Origin: a virus
Direction: 5' to 3' (one strand)
DNA: 64,000 nt
IMG/VR virus record: IMGVR_UViG_3300033181_000085
Location: 9,669 to 73,668 of that record
Shown piece by piece: positions 26,738 through 35,368 of this stretch (its first letter is position 1; every line of letters begins with the position of its first letter). Under the pieces are notes generated by a model. It saw nothing but the letters and a program-made list of their open reading frames with translations. It was not told where the DNA came from and ran no database searches. A program made the translations under genes and the position numbers.

Positions 26738-26947
26738 ATGAGTCTAATACTTGGGAATCTGGTGCATTATCGGCAATCTAACCGTGAAGACGGCATAAAG
26801 TACGCTTTTGTCGCTGGTTTCAACGGTGACAAAGTAAGCCTCAATCTGTTTAGTCTGGGAACAATGACGTTTTTGAATAATATCGTCGTGGCTGAGAGTG
26901 AAGAATCGGCAGAAGTTGGACAATGTTGGGTGCCGAAGCGATCATAG
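26738..26947 (+). CDS. Small phage hypothetical
   Basis: SD and ORF. Confidence 0.6.
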   Translation: MSLILGNLVHYRQSNREDGIKYAFVAGFNGDKVSLNLFSLGTMTFLNNIVVAESEESAEVGQCWVPKRS

Positions 26948-27038
26948 GGCGATAATCAGTCACTATGGACCCTGTAACACCTCCTCAAATTAGTGCGAGT
27001 CAATTTCCCCAGGTATACATTGATCTTGGTATTGACTT

Positions 27039-27548
27039 ATGAAAACGCTTCACCTTAGCCGAAACAGATTTGCCCTAGTTGATGACCGAGACTTTGAGTG
27101 GCTGAACCAATGGAAGTGGTGCTTTAACACTAGTGGATATGCCGTCAGGGTTCCCAGAGTAAATGGCGAGAAGAGGCCGACGATATATATGCATGCGGAG
27201 ATACTCAGAGCGCCAAAGGGTATGCACGTAGACCATATCAACCGCGATAAACTTGATAATCGTCGTAGCAACTTGAGAATAGTTACACCGAGTCAGAACC
27301 AATTCAACAGAAGAATCCAGTCGAATAATACTTCTGGATATAAAGGTATTGAGTGGTTCGCACGTACAGGCAAGTGGAAGGTATGTATCGGTGTAATGAG
27401 AAAGCTCATTCATCTTGGATACTTCTCAGATATAAACGATGCTATTGAGGCTCGTGCGAAGGCGGAAATTAGATATTTCGGTACGGTATTGTCTTCGACC
27501 GATAGGTATAAAGAAGCTATAACAATAAGCAGGAACACCAATGAGTGA
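27039..27548 (+). CDS. HNH-AP2 homing endonuclease
   Basis: FALVDDRDFEWLNQWKW…VDHINRDKLDNRRSNLR…NNTSGYKGI…HLGYF. Confidence 0.92.
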   Translation: MKTLHLSRNRFALVDDRDFEWLNQWKWCFNTSGYAVRVPRVNGEKRPTIYMHAEILRAPKGMHVDHINRDKLDNRRSNLRIVTPSQNQFNRRIQSNNTSGYKGIEWFARTGKWKVCIGVMRKLIHLGYFSDINDAIEARAKAEIRYFGTVLSSTDRYKEAITISRNTNE

Positions 27549-27756
27549 GCATAAAGCAGGTAATCCGAGCTTCGACAAAGACGCCTACTGGAAGCATCGT
27601 AGCGAAGGTGAACGTGGCCAAGGCGATGTGCCAGAGACAGTTAAGGTAGCGTCAAACTTGCCTCAGAATAGAACGATTGGAACACGTTCTCAGCGAAGAC
27701 AGCATTGGATGAACTTCAGGCGGCAGGAACGGAAAGGGTCGGCGCGAGGGAATTAA
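27541..27756 (+). CDS. Small basic phage hypothetical
   Basis: Overlapping ORF after the HNH gene. Confidence 0.6.
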   Translation: MSEHKAGNPSFDKDAYWKHRSEGERGQGDVPETVKVASNLPQNRTIGTRSQRRQHWMNFRRQERKGSARGN

Positions 27757-27903
27757 TACTAAAGCCATAACATAAGTATCGCAGTCCTAAACACAAGGCA
27801 TCTTCTTTAGTAGAGTTTGATAATATGCAATCTAAAACGTTATTACTAGTTGACACGTATAGTATTATAAATTCGACATTCCGCCGTTGTATCGGAGGCA
27901 CTC

Positions 27904-28080
27904 ATGCAATCGCCAAACATCCTGCAGGAAGTTATTCAGATATTAAGCAATCCCGCCTGGAGCGGTGTGGGCAGCATTGCGGGTATCATTGGTATTCCTG
28001 TCTCTATCTTTTTTTCCAATCGCCCCTACTCATCTCTCCATGCTCCCCGCTTTGTAGCCTCTCCAAAAAAAAGTTATTAG
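27904..28080 (+). CDS. Small TM peptide (MQSPNILQEVIQILSNPAWSGVGSIAGIIGIPVSIFF…), not in ORF track
   Basis: SD GGAGG; 58 aa with a hydrophobic core. Confidence 0.5.
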   Translation: MQSPNILQEVIQILSNPAWSGVGSIAGIIGIPVSIFFSNRPYSSLHAPRFVASPKKSY

Positions 28081-28221
28081 ATGTCACAATCTTGATTAAG
28101 AATCATTCCAAAGGCTTTCGAGTCCTTATGTGACAATCTGTTTATATATAGCTTAATCTTTTTCATTTGCTCTTAGTGTTAGAGCATATACGAGAATGTT
28201 GTTGTACCAAGTAGGTGATAG

Positions 28222-29160
28222 ATGGAAAAACAGCTATCTAGGCAAACATACGGACAAATACTGCGCCACGAGCGAGAAGCGAGAGGGTGGACACGAGACA
28301 CATTGGCCGATTTGATAGGTGTGTATAAGACCTATATAGGAAGGTGGGAACGGGAGGAGGCAATCCCCTCATACCCTGATCAGCAAAGGCTCTGCGAATT
28401 ATTTGGTAAGACAGCCCAAGAACTCGGTATATCAGATGCTCCTTCTCTAAGGCCACCATACTACCTTATAACGGGCAATGAGACCGATTTATTTGGTCTT
28501 AAGCTGATACATGAGCGGGAATCAAGAGGCTGGTCTCAAGCTGATCTAGCCCTCGCGTTGGAAGTACCATATCCTAATATCAGCAGGTGGGAACGCGGAG
28601 AGACGCTTCCTACTCATGATTATTGGCAAAAGCTGACTGAGCTGTTGGGTAAAACAGTCCAGGAGCTAGGGTTAGTGCCGAATATGCCAGAACAAGAATC
28701 TAGAGTAGATTCATCTCGTTACTTCGGGCAAAGGCTGAGGTACCTACGTAAGCTAAAAGCATGGAACCAGGAGCGTTTAGCCAGTGAAGTAGGAACTACG
28801 CTCAGGTCGATTATGCGGTGGGAACAAGGTAAAACACTCCCTGAAATTCGCTTTCAGCAACGTCTCTGTGAGATATTCGGGAAAGACCCTGAAGAACTCG
28901 GCTTTATACAAGAGCGAGTAGCATTGACAGATACACCTCCACTTTCTGCATATAATGGTAAAGCATCCAATTTTTTGTTACTTAGACAACGCCAAGTGCG
29001 CGGATGGACGCAGCGTGACGTAGCCGAAAAGATTTCTACACATGTAATGAATGTCAGCCGTTGGGAACGTGGTGAAGCTGTTCCTGACGAAGACTTTCAG
29101 CGGAAGCTCTGCGATCTGTTCCAGAAAACAAACGAGGAGTTAGGCTTTACTAGCTCATAA
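28222..29160 (+). CDS. Transcriptional regulator with four tandem XRE-family HTH domains
   Basis: Four repeats of LR..RE.RGW(T/S)Q..LA…(I/V)SRWE.G…P….Q.(K/R)LCE.FGK..EELG. Confidence 0.9.
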   Translation: MEKQLSRQTYGQILRHEREARGWTRDTLADLIGVYKTYIGRWEREEAIPSYPDQQRLCELFGKTAQELGISDAPSLRPPYYLITGNETDLFGLKLIHERESRGWSQADLALALEVPYPNISRWERGETLPTHDYWQKLTELLGKTVQELGLVPNMPEQESRVDSSRYFGQRLRYLRKLKAWNQERLASEVGTTLRSIMRWEQGKTLPEIRFQQRLCEIFGKDPEELGFIQERVALTDTPPLSAYNGKASNFLLLRQRQVRGWTQRDVAEKISTHVMNVSRWERGEAVPDEDFQRKLCDLFQKTNEELGFTSS

Positions 29161-29260
29161 TAGGTATCTTACTCCATAGATTTGCTGGCATTCTTCCTAA
29201 AACTTTGTCATGACTAGCCTTTGTGTTCGGTCATCACATAAGAGTTGTATAATTAACGGC

Positions 29261-29866
29261 ATGCTGCCAGTGCTTAAAAACCCTACCATTTATAAAAAAC
29301 GTTATTCCACCCTCCAGAAACGCTATCTGCAATCACGCAAACCCGATAGTAAGCGGGTCGTAAAACACGAGCAAAGTATCCAGAATCAATTATGTGCCTG
29401 GTTTAAGCAAGTCCTTCCTGGCGAACATTTCATCAGCGATACCGGCAGCGGGGCGTTTAATAGCGATTATGCCAAAGTGCAGCACAACCGCCAGCAAAGT
29501 CATAAGCATGAACCTGATATCAAAATACTAGCCATGCGTCGTGGATATGGAGCGATGGTGCTAGAACTTAAGGCCGACAGTACCGAGCTGCGTATGAAGC
29601 GAAATGGCACAAAGATACGGGTGCGAACAAAGAAAGTACCCGTGTCACGAAAATACCCTGAAGGCATAAAGATCATTGAGCGCGATTATAAAATACGCAA
29701 GAAAGGTGATTGGGCTTCGCTTCACCTGGAGCAACAAGCTGAAGTGTTACTTGATTATGAACGCAAGGGGTACTTCGCTCGCTTTGCTGTGGGGCTTGAA
29801 CATGCGAAGAAATTAATCTCGTGGTATTTTGATTTGCCTTATACGGAGAATAGCGAACTCTTCTAG
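29261..29866 (+). CDS. VRR-NUC / Holliday-junction-resolvase-like PD-(D/E)XK nuclease
   Basis: EQSIQNQLCAW…EPDI…GAMVLELKA…QQAEVLLDYERKGYFARFAVG. Confidence 0.7.
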   Translation: MLPVLKNPTIYKKRYSTLQKRYLQSRKPDSKRVVKHEQSIQNQLCAWFKQVLPGEHFISDTGSGAFNSDYAKVQHNRQQSHKHEPDIKILAMRRGYGAMVLELKADSTELRMKRNGTKIRVRTKKVPVSRKYPEGIKIIERDYKIRKKGDWASLHLEQQAEVLLDYERKGYFARFAVGLEHAKKLISWYFDLPYTENSELF

Positions 29867-29930
29867 TGTAATCAGAGATTAAGAGGTGTCATGTAAACAT
29901 GCCTCGACGCGTAAAGTACAAGGAGGCGCT

Positions 29931-29970
29931 ATGAAGAAGTGTAGCATCAATGGATGCGATAGGCCCATTC
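29931..29970 (+). pseudogene. 5' stub of an HNH-type endonuclease gene cut by the BREX block
   Basis: MKKCSINGCDRPI matches the CSIDGC module of 9065-9793; same upstream ggaggcgctatgaaga leader. Confidence 0.55.
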
Positions 29971-30310
29971 TGATCATCTCTTGCGTAAGCGGACTAGCTA
30001 TCGAGCAGCTGGAGAGATTTAATTTGAAGAGCGCTATCGTCATACGGTGGAGGAAAAACTCGTTTGAAGACTCACGCGCTTGAGCAATCAAGTGGACTTC
30101 CAGTCCTTGTCTCAAGCCGGCTAAATGAAAGAACTCCACCTGACTTTATGTATCAGAAGAGTAGCCAGAACAGATGAACAACAGCGTGACAGTTGCATTT
30201 GAGGGTTATCTCATGTAAAATGAAACGCACAGAAATAGCTGGGAGTAGGTGGGAATAGTACCGGTGCTGCTTCCTTCGACCCTATTTTTCTCTTGGAGGA
30301 ACAATCAAGC

Positions 30311-31099
30311 ATGGCTGCGAACGCTGCGCCGTATTCCAGCAAGATCATCAAAGCTAGCGCTTTGTTGCCTGATACTAAGCTCCTGTTGGCACATTGGAAT
30401 CTCTCGGATGATGTCGAGACCAATTTACGCTGTATCCGGCAGGAGAACCTGTTCGGGAAAGCCTCGAGGTCCCGTGTCATCGAGATACTGGCGATCTTTA
30501 AACAACGGTATCTTCGCGACCCACAGGTTCTGGCTGCGTTGGTAACCCTGGTACAGGCAGACATAACCGCAACTATGCTTGATCCTATACTCTATTTTCT
30601 AACTGTCCAGGCTGACCCCCTTTTGTATGCAGTTGTGACCGAAGTGCTGACACCGCTTATAGGTCGGGGGCAGCCAGAGATCTACGTTACAGATATTGAG
30701 GACTGGATTCGCAAGCAGATAGTGGGTGAGAAGACCCAAGGCTCTTGGACAGAGGTGACAACAAATCGCGCAGCTCGCAGTATTCTTGCGACGCTACGAG
30801 ACTTTCATCTCTTGCAGGGGCAAGTGAAAAAGCGACTGGCTTTGCTCTATCTGCCTGTCACGTCGTTCGCTTTTATCGCCTTTCTGCTCAGCCGCACGCA
30901 GCGGTCGGGCGATCGCCTGCTGCATGACCCATCCTGGCAGGTGTTTTTCCTCTCTGTACAGAACGTAGAGCATTTCTTTTTTGAGGCCCATCAGGAGCAA
31001 CTGTTGGAATATCATGCTGCCGGGCGGGTCATTCGCATCGAATTCCCAGCAACCACCTTAAAGGAGTATGCCCATGCTCTCGCTCGAAGAGCGCATTGA
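30311..31099 (+). CDS. brxA: BREX protein BrxA (DUF1819-like)
   Basis: First gene of the operon; YSSKIIKASALL…QENLFGKASRSR motif; SD GGAGGA. Confidence 0.85.
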   Translation: MAANAAPYSSKIIKASALLPDTKLLLAHWNLSDDVETNLRCIRQENLFGKASRSRVIEILAIFKQRYLRDPQVLAALVTLVQADITATMLDPILYFLTVQADPLLYAVVTEVLTPLIGRGQPEIYVTDIEDWIRKQIVGEKTQGSWTEVTTNRAARSILATLRDFHLLQGQVKKRLALLYLPVTSFAFIAFLLSRTQRSGDRLLHDPSWQVFFLSVQNVEHFFFEAHQEQLLEYHAAGRVIRIEFPATTLKEYAHALARRAH

Positions 31100-31655
31100 C
31101 CTGCTGGAAAGCGACCTAAAGGCCGTGCCCATGCGGATCAGCGTTTATCATGATCTGCCCTTTGCCATTCTGCTCTATGAACCAGAAAAGGAATGGGAGC
31201 TACGTCGCCAGGCTAGGCAATTGGCAACTCGCTTGGAACAAACAGGAAAACGGTTGCGGTTCATATCGCTGGCAAAGTTACTTTGGCAGGCCATCGCAGA
31301 TTCCGAGGGACTGGATGCAGTAGTAGAACTGGAAAAGAAGCGTGGCTTCCGACTCGCACAGGAACAGGTGACCACCTACCTTTCTGATCCCGACTGGCGC
31401 CCGTTGCCGAATACAATTGCTGGACAGATGTGGGGATTGAACCCGGAGAAACATCTGGTCTTTTTGATGCGGGCGGGGGCGATGGCGCCAGCCATTTACC
31501 ATATGTCGAAGCTGCTGGATGAACTGCATGGCAAGACGCTGGTGCCGGTGATCCTCTTTTATCCCGGAACGCTGGAGGGCACCACCGGGCTGCGTTTTAT
31601 GGACCTGAAAGACCGCGAGGCCATGGGCAACTATCGCGTGAAGATTTACGGATAG
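31068..31655 (+). CDS. brxB: BREX protein BrxB (DUF1788-like)
   Basis: PFAILLYEPEKE…PVILFYPG…NYR; position in operon. Confidence 0.85.
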   Translation: MPMLSLEERIDLLESDLKAVPMRISVYHDLPFAILLYEPEKEWELRRQARQLATRLEQTGKRLRFISLAKLLWQAIADSEGLDAVVELEKKRGFRLAQEQVTTYLSDPDWRPLPNTIAGQMWGLNPEKHLVFLMRAGAMAPAIYHMSKLLDELHGKTLVPVILFYPGTLEGTTGLRFMDLKDREAMGNYRVKIYG

Positions 31656-31717
31656 CCAGTCAAACGAGGGAAGCCGCTTCTGTAATCACATCAACTGGAC
31701 GTTGGAAGGAGACCGGG

Positions 31718-34700
31718 ATGCGCATCAAATACCTGCTCAAGCGCGACCTCAGTGAGCGCATTGAAGAAGTCATCAAGCTCAATCAGGCTGACGAAGAAAC
31801 GGTCTATACCGAACTGACCGAATATGTTGCCACCGCTCGCATCCATGAGCATTACCGCACGCTGCTGCACGCGATGGCTGAAGCTCCAGCGGAACCACAT
31901 GAGGGTGTTGGCGTCTGGATCTCCGGCTTCTTCGGCTCCGGTAAATCGTCCTTTGCCAAGAACCTGGGCTATGTGCTGGATAATCACACGGTGCAGGGAC
32001 ACCGGGCAGCGGACCTCTTTGCGCAGCAGTTGCAAGATGAGGAAATTACCCGGCTCGTCGAGTTCATCACGCTCAAGATTCCGACCAAGGTGGTTATGTT
32101 TGATGTCTCAGTGAGTACCGCCGTCAGACTGGGCTCTGAACGCATGGCCGAGATCATGTACCGCGAACTACTCCAGGCATTGGACTATGCCCAAGACTAC
32201 ACCATTGCCGAACTGGAGTTTGAACTCGAAAAAGAAGGCAAGCTGGAAACATTCATGCAGCGCTGCCAGGAGCAGTATAACAAACCCTGGCGCACGGTGC
32301 GGACGGGTGCGCAGCGGACCAATCGCGCCAGCACGATCTTACACCTTATGGACCCTATCACCTATCCCAACGCCGACTCCTGGGAGCAAGCAGCGACCAG
32401 GCACGAGCCGGATATTACGATTGGCGGCATTGTCACTCGCGCCTTTGAATTGATGGCGCTGCGGCAGCCAGGCAAGGCGCTGGCCTTCATCATCGATGAG
32501 GTGGGGCAATACGTCGCCCAGAGCGCTAGCAAGATTGAAGACCTGCGCGCCGTCGTGGAGCAGTTTGGCAAAGAAGGTAAGAACCGCGTTAAGCAGCGAC
32601 AGGCCGTTGCGCCGGTTTGGATTGTGGTTACCAGCCAGGAGAAGCTTGATGAGGTTGTCGATGCGATTGGCTCCAAGCGCGTGGAACTCGCAAAGCTACA
32701 AGATCGCTTTCGCTATCACGTTGATCTTGCTCCAGCAGATATTCGGGAGGTTGCCACTAGGCGTGTGCTGGCGAAACGCGAGGATGCGATCCCAATCCTC
32801 AAGCAGCTCTATGCGACGACACAGGGCCAGCTGAACACCGCCTGCCGTCTTCAGGATACCAGCCGCCAGAGCCAGGTTCGTGAGAGCGACTTTGTGCAGT
32901 TCTATCCCTATCTGCCGCACTTTATTGATCTGTCGATTGATATCATGTCCGGCATTCGGCTCCAGCCGGGCGCGCCCAGGCATATGGGCGGCAGCAACCG
33001 GACGATTATCAAGCAGGCCCATGAAATGCTGATCTCGCCGCGCACGCTGGTGGCGGACCGCCAGGTGGGGGCACTGGTTTCGTTGGATTTGCTTTATGAA
33101 CTGGTGGAGGGGAACCTCTCTTCCGAGCGCCAGAAAGATATCAGTGATATTGTGCAGCGTTGGCAGGACGACCCCCAGGATGGCGGTTGGGCAGCACGAG
33201 TTGCCCGGGTGATTTGCCTGCTGGAGTTCGTGCGCGATCTGCCGCGCACTGAGGCCAATTTCGCAGCGCTGCTGGTAGGTGAACTGGGCAAACCTGCCCC
33301 ACTGACGGAGGTGCAGACAGCGCTCGCCCGGCTGGAAGCGGCCCAGTTCATCCGCCTGACGCCAGAAGGCTATAAGCTGCAAACGGCCCAGGAGAAGCGC
33401 TGGATTGGAGAGCGGAATGCAATGGACCCCAAACACAAAGAGCGCAACGATATCAAGCGCGAAACTCTGGAAGACCTCTTTAAAGACCCACGCTTGAAAA
33501 CGTATCGCTACCGAGATTTGCGCACTTTCCAGATAGGCATCACAGTGGATGGGGCACGTGTCAGCGAAGGGCAGGTGCCGCTGGCGCTGTTGGTGGCCGA
33601 GGATGAGGGCGAGTATCAGCAGCGCTTGGAGGAGGCACGCAGCGATAGCCGCGCGCGTGGGCATCAGGATGAAGTATTCTGGGTCTTTGCCCTGACTTCA
33701 GAGGTTTATGACCTGATTAAGCAGCTCCATGCCTCGCGCCAGATGATTGGCAAATACAGCCAGTTGAGCGCGCAGGGCCGCATGATTGGCGAATATTCCG
33801 CGCCCCTGGAGAACGAGAAGCGCGAGGAGGGTCGCTTCCGCGACCGCCTGCGCGAGAAGATGCTGGAGGCGCTGAGCAGCGGGCAAGGAATCTTCCGGGG
33901 CGTCACCAGGGATGCATCGGATCTGGGGAAGACGCCAGCAGACATCTTCAAACATCTCTTTGATATAGTGGTGCCCGACCTCTATCCGAAGCTGGAAATG
34001 GGCGCGCGGCCCCTCAAGGGGACCGAGGGGGAGGAGGTGCTCAAAGCTGCCAATCTTAATGCGCTGCCGCAGATCTTTTATAACGGCGAGCAGGGGTTAC
34101 AGCTGGTCATCAAAGAGGGCAACAAATCCGTTCCCAACCGCGAGGCGCCGGTGGCGAAAGAGGTGCTGGACTATCTCGTCCGCGAGCATAGCTATGGGAA
34201 CAAGGTGACCGGCAAAGACCTGGAACAGCACTTCGTCCACAAGACTGGCTATGGGTGGGAACTGGATATGGTGCGGCTGATCCTGGCCGTGCTGCTCCGC
34301 GCTGGCGTTGTCGAAATCACCTCGCAGGGGCATCGCTACCGGGATCACCAGGACCCGCAGAGCCGTGCGCCGTTTGCCAATCTGACCACCTTCCGCAGCG
34401 CCTCTTTTGCGCCGCGGCAGCCGATTGACTTGAAGATACTGGCAGCAGCGGTGCGCCAGTTTGAGGAACTGACCGGGCATGAGGTGGATGTAGACAGTGG
34501 AGCCATTGCTCTGGCGCTGAAGCAGCTAGCAGGTGGCGAGCGAGAAGGGCTGCTCCCCGCGATGGCAGTGGTGCGCTCGGAAAGGCTCCCTGGTCTGGAG
34601 GCGCTGGAGACCTACCAGAAGACACTCGCGGAAATTCGTCAGGCAGATGCAGATGGCTGTGTGCAAATCCTGGCGGGAGAGGGCAATTCTCTCAAATCGG

Positions 34701-35368
34701 AGCGCGACCAGGCACGGCGTATCCGCGAAGCTGTCACCAACGAGCATCTGGCGCTGATTCGCCAGGCTCGGCTGGCGGCAGAAGAGCAATGGCCGCTGTT
34801 GGCAGGAGATGGCGCGACGCCCCAATTGGCCGAACAAGCTGAGGCGCTGCGAACCTTGCTTGGCGGCACTGCGCTCTATGAGCAGCTTACTCGCATGCAC
34901 ACACTCACCCAGGGAGTGAGCAGCGCCTATCGCCGGACCTATCTGGCAGAACATCAAGCGCGCTTTGAGGAATACTCCCAGGCGATTGATGAGATCAAAG
35001 GCCGCGCCGAATGGGCGACCATCCAGCCGAGCGGGCGCGCTAGCATCTTGCTGCCGCTCACCCAGCGCAGTTGTGAGCAGGCTGATCTGCCAGAGGGCGC
35101 GATGGTCTGCCAGCGCTGCAAGAACGGCCTGAGTCTCATCAAAGAGCAGCGGCAAAGCCTTCAGCCCTTGAAACAGGAGGCACTAAACCGGCTTTTTGAG
35201 GCAATTGCTGGATCCAATGGCGCAGCAAAACTCATCAAACGAGTACGGGCGACGAACTTCTTCCCCGATATGCTCGAATCGGAGCAGGAGGTGGAAGCGG
35301 CGTTGAGTCAATTGCGCGAGCTTCTCTTGAAACTGGTGGCTGAAGGCGCCAGGATTCGGGTGGAGTGA
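31718..35368 (+). CDS. brxC: BREX P-loop ATPase BrxC (PglY-like)
   Basis: GVWISGFFGSGKSS Walker A, FIIDEVGQY Walker B, VTSQE, FVQFYPY. Confidence 0.95.
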   Translation: MRIKYLLKRDLSERIEEVIKLNQADEETVYTELTEYVATARIHEHYRTLLHAMAEAPAEPHEGVGVWISGFFGSGKSSFAKNLGYVLDNHTVQGHRAADLFAQQLQDEEITRLVEFITLKIPTKVVMFDVSVSTAVRLGSERMAEIMYRELLQALDYAQDYTIAELEFELEKEGKLETFMQRCQEQYNKPWRTVRTGAQRTNRASTILHLMDPITYPNADSWEQAATRHEPDITIGGIVTRAFELMALRQPGKALAFIIDEVGQYVAQSASKIEDLRAVVEQFGKEGKNRVKQRQAVAPVWIVVTSQEKLDEVVDAIGSKRVELAKLQDRFRYHVDLAPADIREVATRRVLAKREDAIPILKQLYATTQGQLNTACRLQDTSRQSQVRESDFVQFYPYLPHFIDLSIDIMSGIRLQPGAPRHMGGSNRTIIKQAHEMLISPRTLVADRQVGALVSLDLLYELVEGNLSSERQKDISDIVQRWQDDPQDGGWAARVARVICLLEFVRDLPRTEANFAALLVGELGKPAPLTEVQTALARLEAAQFIRLTPEGYKLQTAQEKRWIGERNAMDPKHKERNDIKRETLEDLFKDPRLKTYRYRDLRTFQIGITVDGARVSEGQVPLALLVAEDEGEYQQRLEEARSDSRARGHQDEVFWVFALTSEVYDLIKQLHASRQMIGKYSQLSAQGRMIGEYSAPLENEKREEGRFRDRLREKMLEALSSGQGIFRGVTRDASDLGKTPADIFKHLFDIVVPDLYPKLEMGARPLKGTEGEEVLKAANLNALPQIFYNGEQGLQLVIKEGNKSVPNREAPVAKEVLDYLVREHSYGNKVTGKDLEQHFVHKTGYGWELDMVRLILAVLLRAGVVEITSQGHRYRDHQDPQSRAPFANLTTFRSASFAPRQPIDLKILAAAVRQFEELTGHEVDVDSGAIALALKQLAGGEREGLLPAMAVVRSERLPGLEALETYQKTLAEIRQADADGCVQILAGEGNSLKSERDQARRIREAVTNEHLALIRQARLAAEEQWPLLAGDGATPQLAEQAEALRTLLGGTALYEQLTRMHTLTQGVSSAYRRTYLAEHQARFEEYSQAIDEIKGRAEWATIQPSGRASILLPLTQRSCEQADLPEGAMVCQRCKNGLSLIKEQRQSLQPLKQEALNRLFEAIAGSNGAAKLIKRVRATNFFPDMLESEQEVEAALSQLRELLLKLVAEGARIRVE

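Noticed and set aside
27770-29243. 7-bp acataag as a target-site duplication flanking the 4xHTH block
   Set aside because: Short AT-rich match expected by chance; the reconstructed empty site is not informative.
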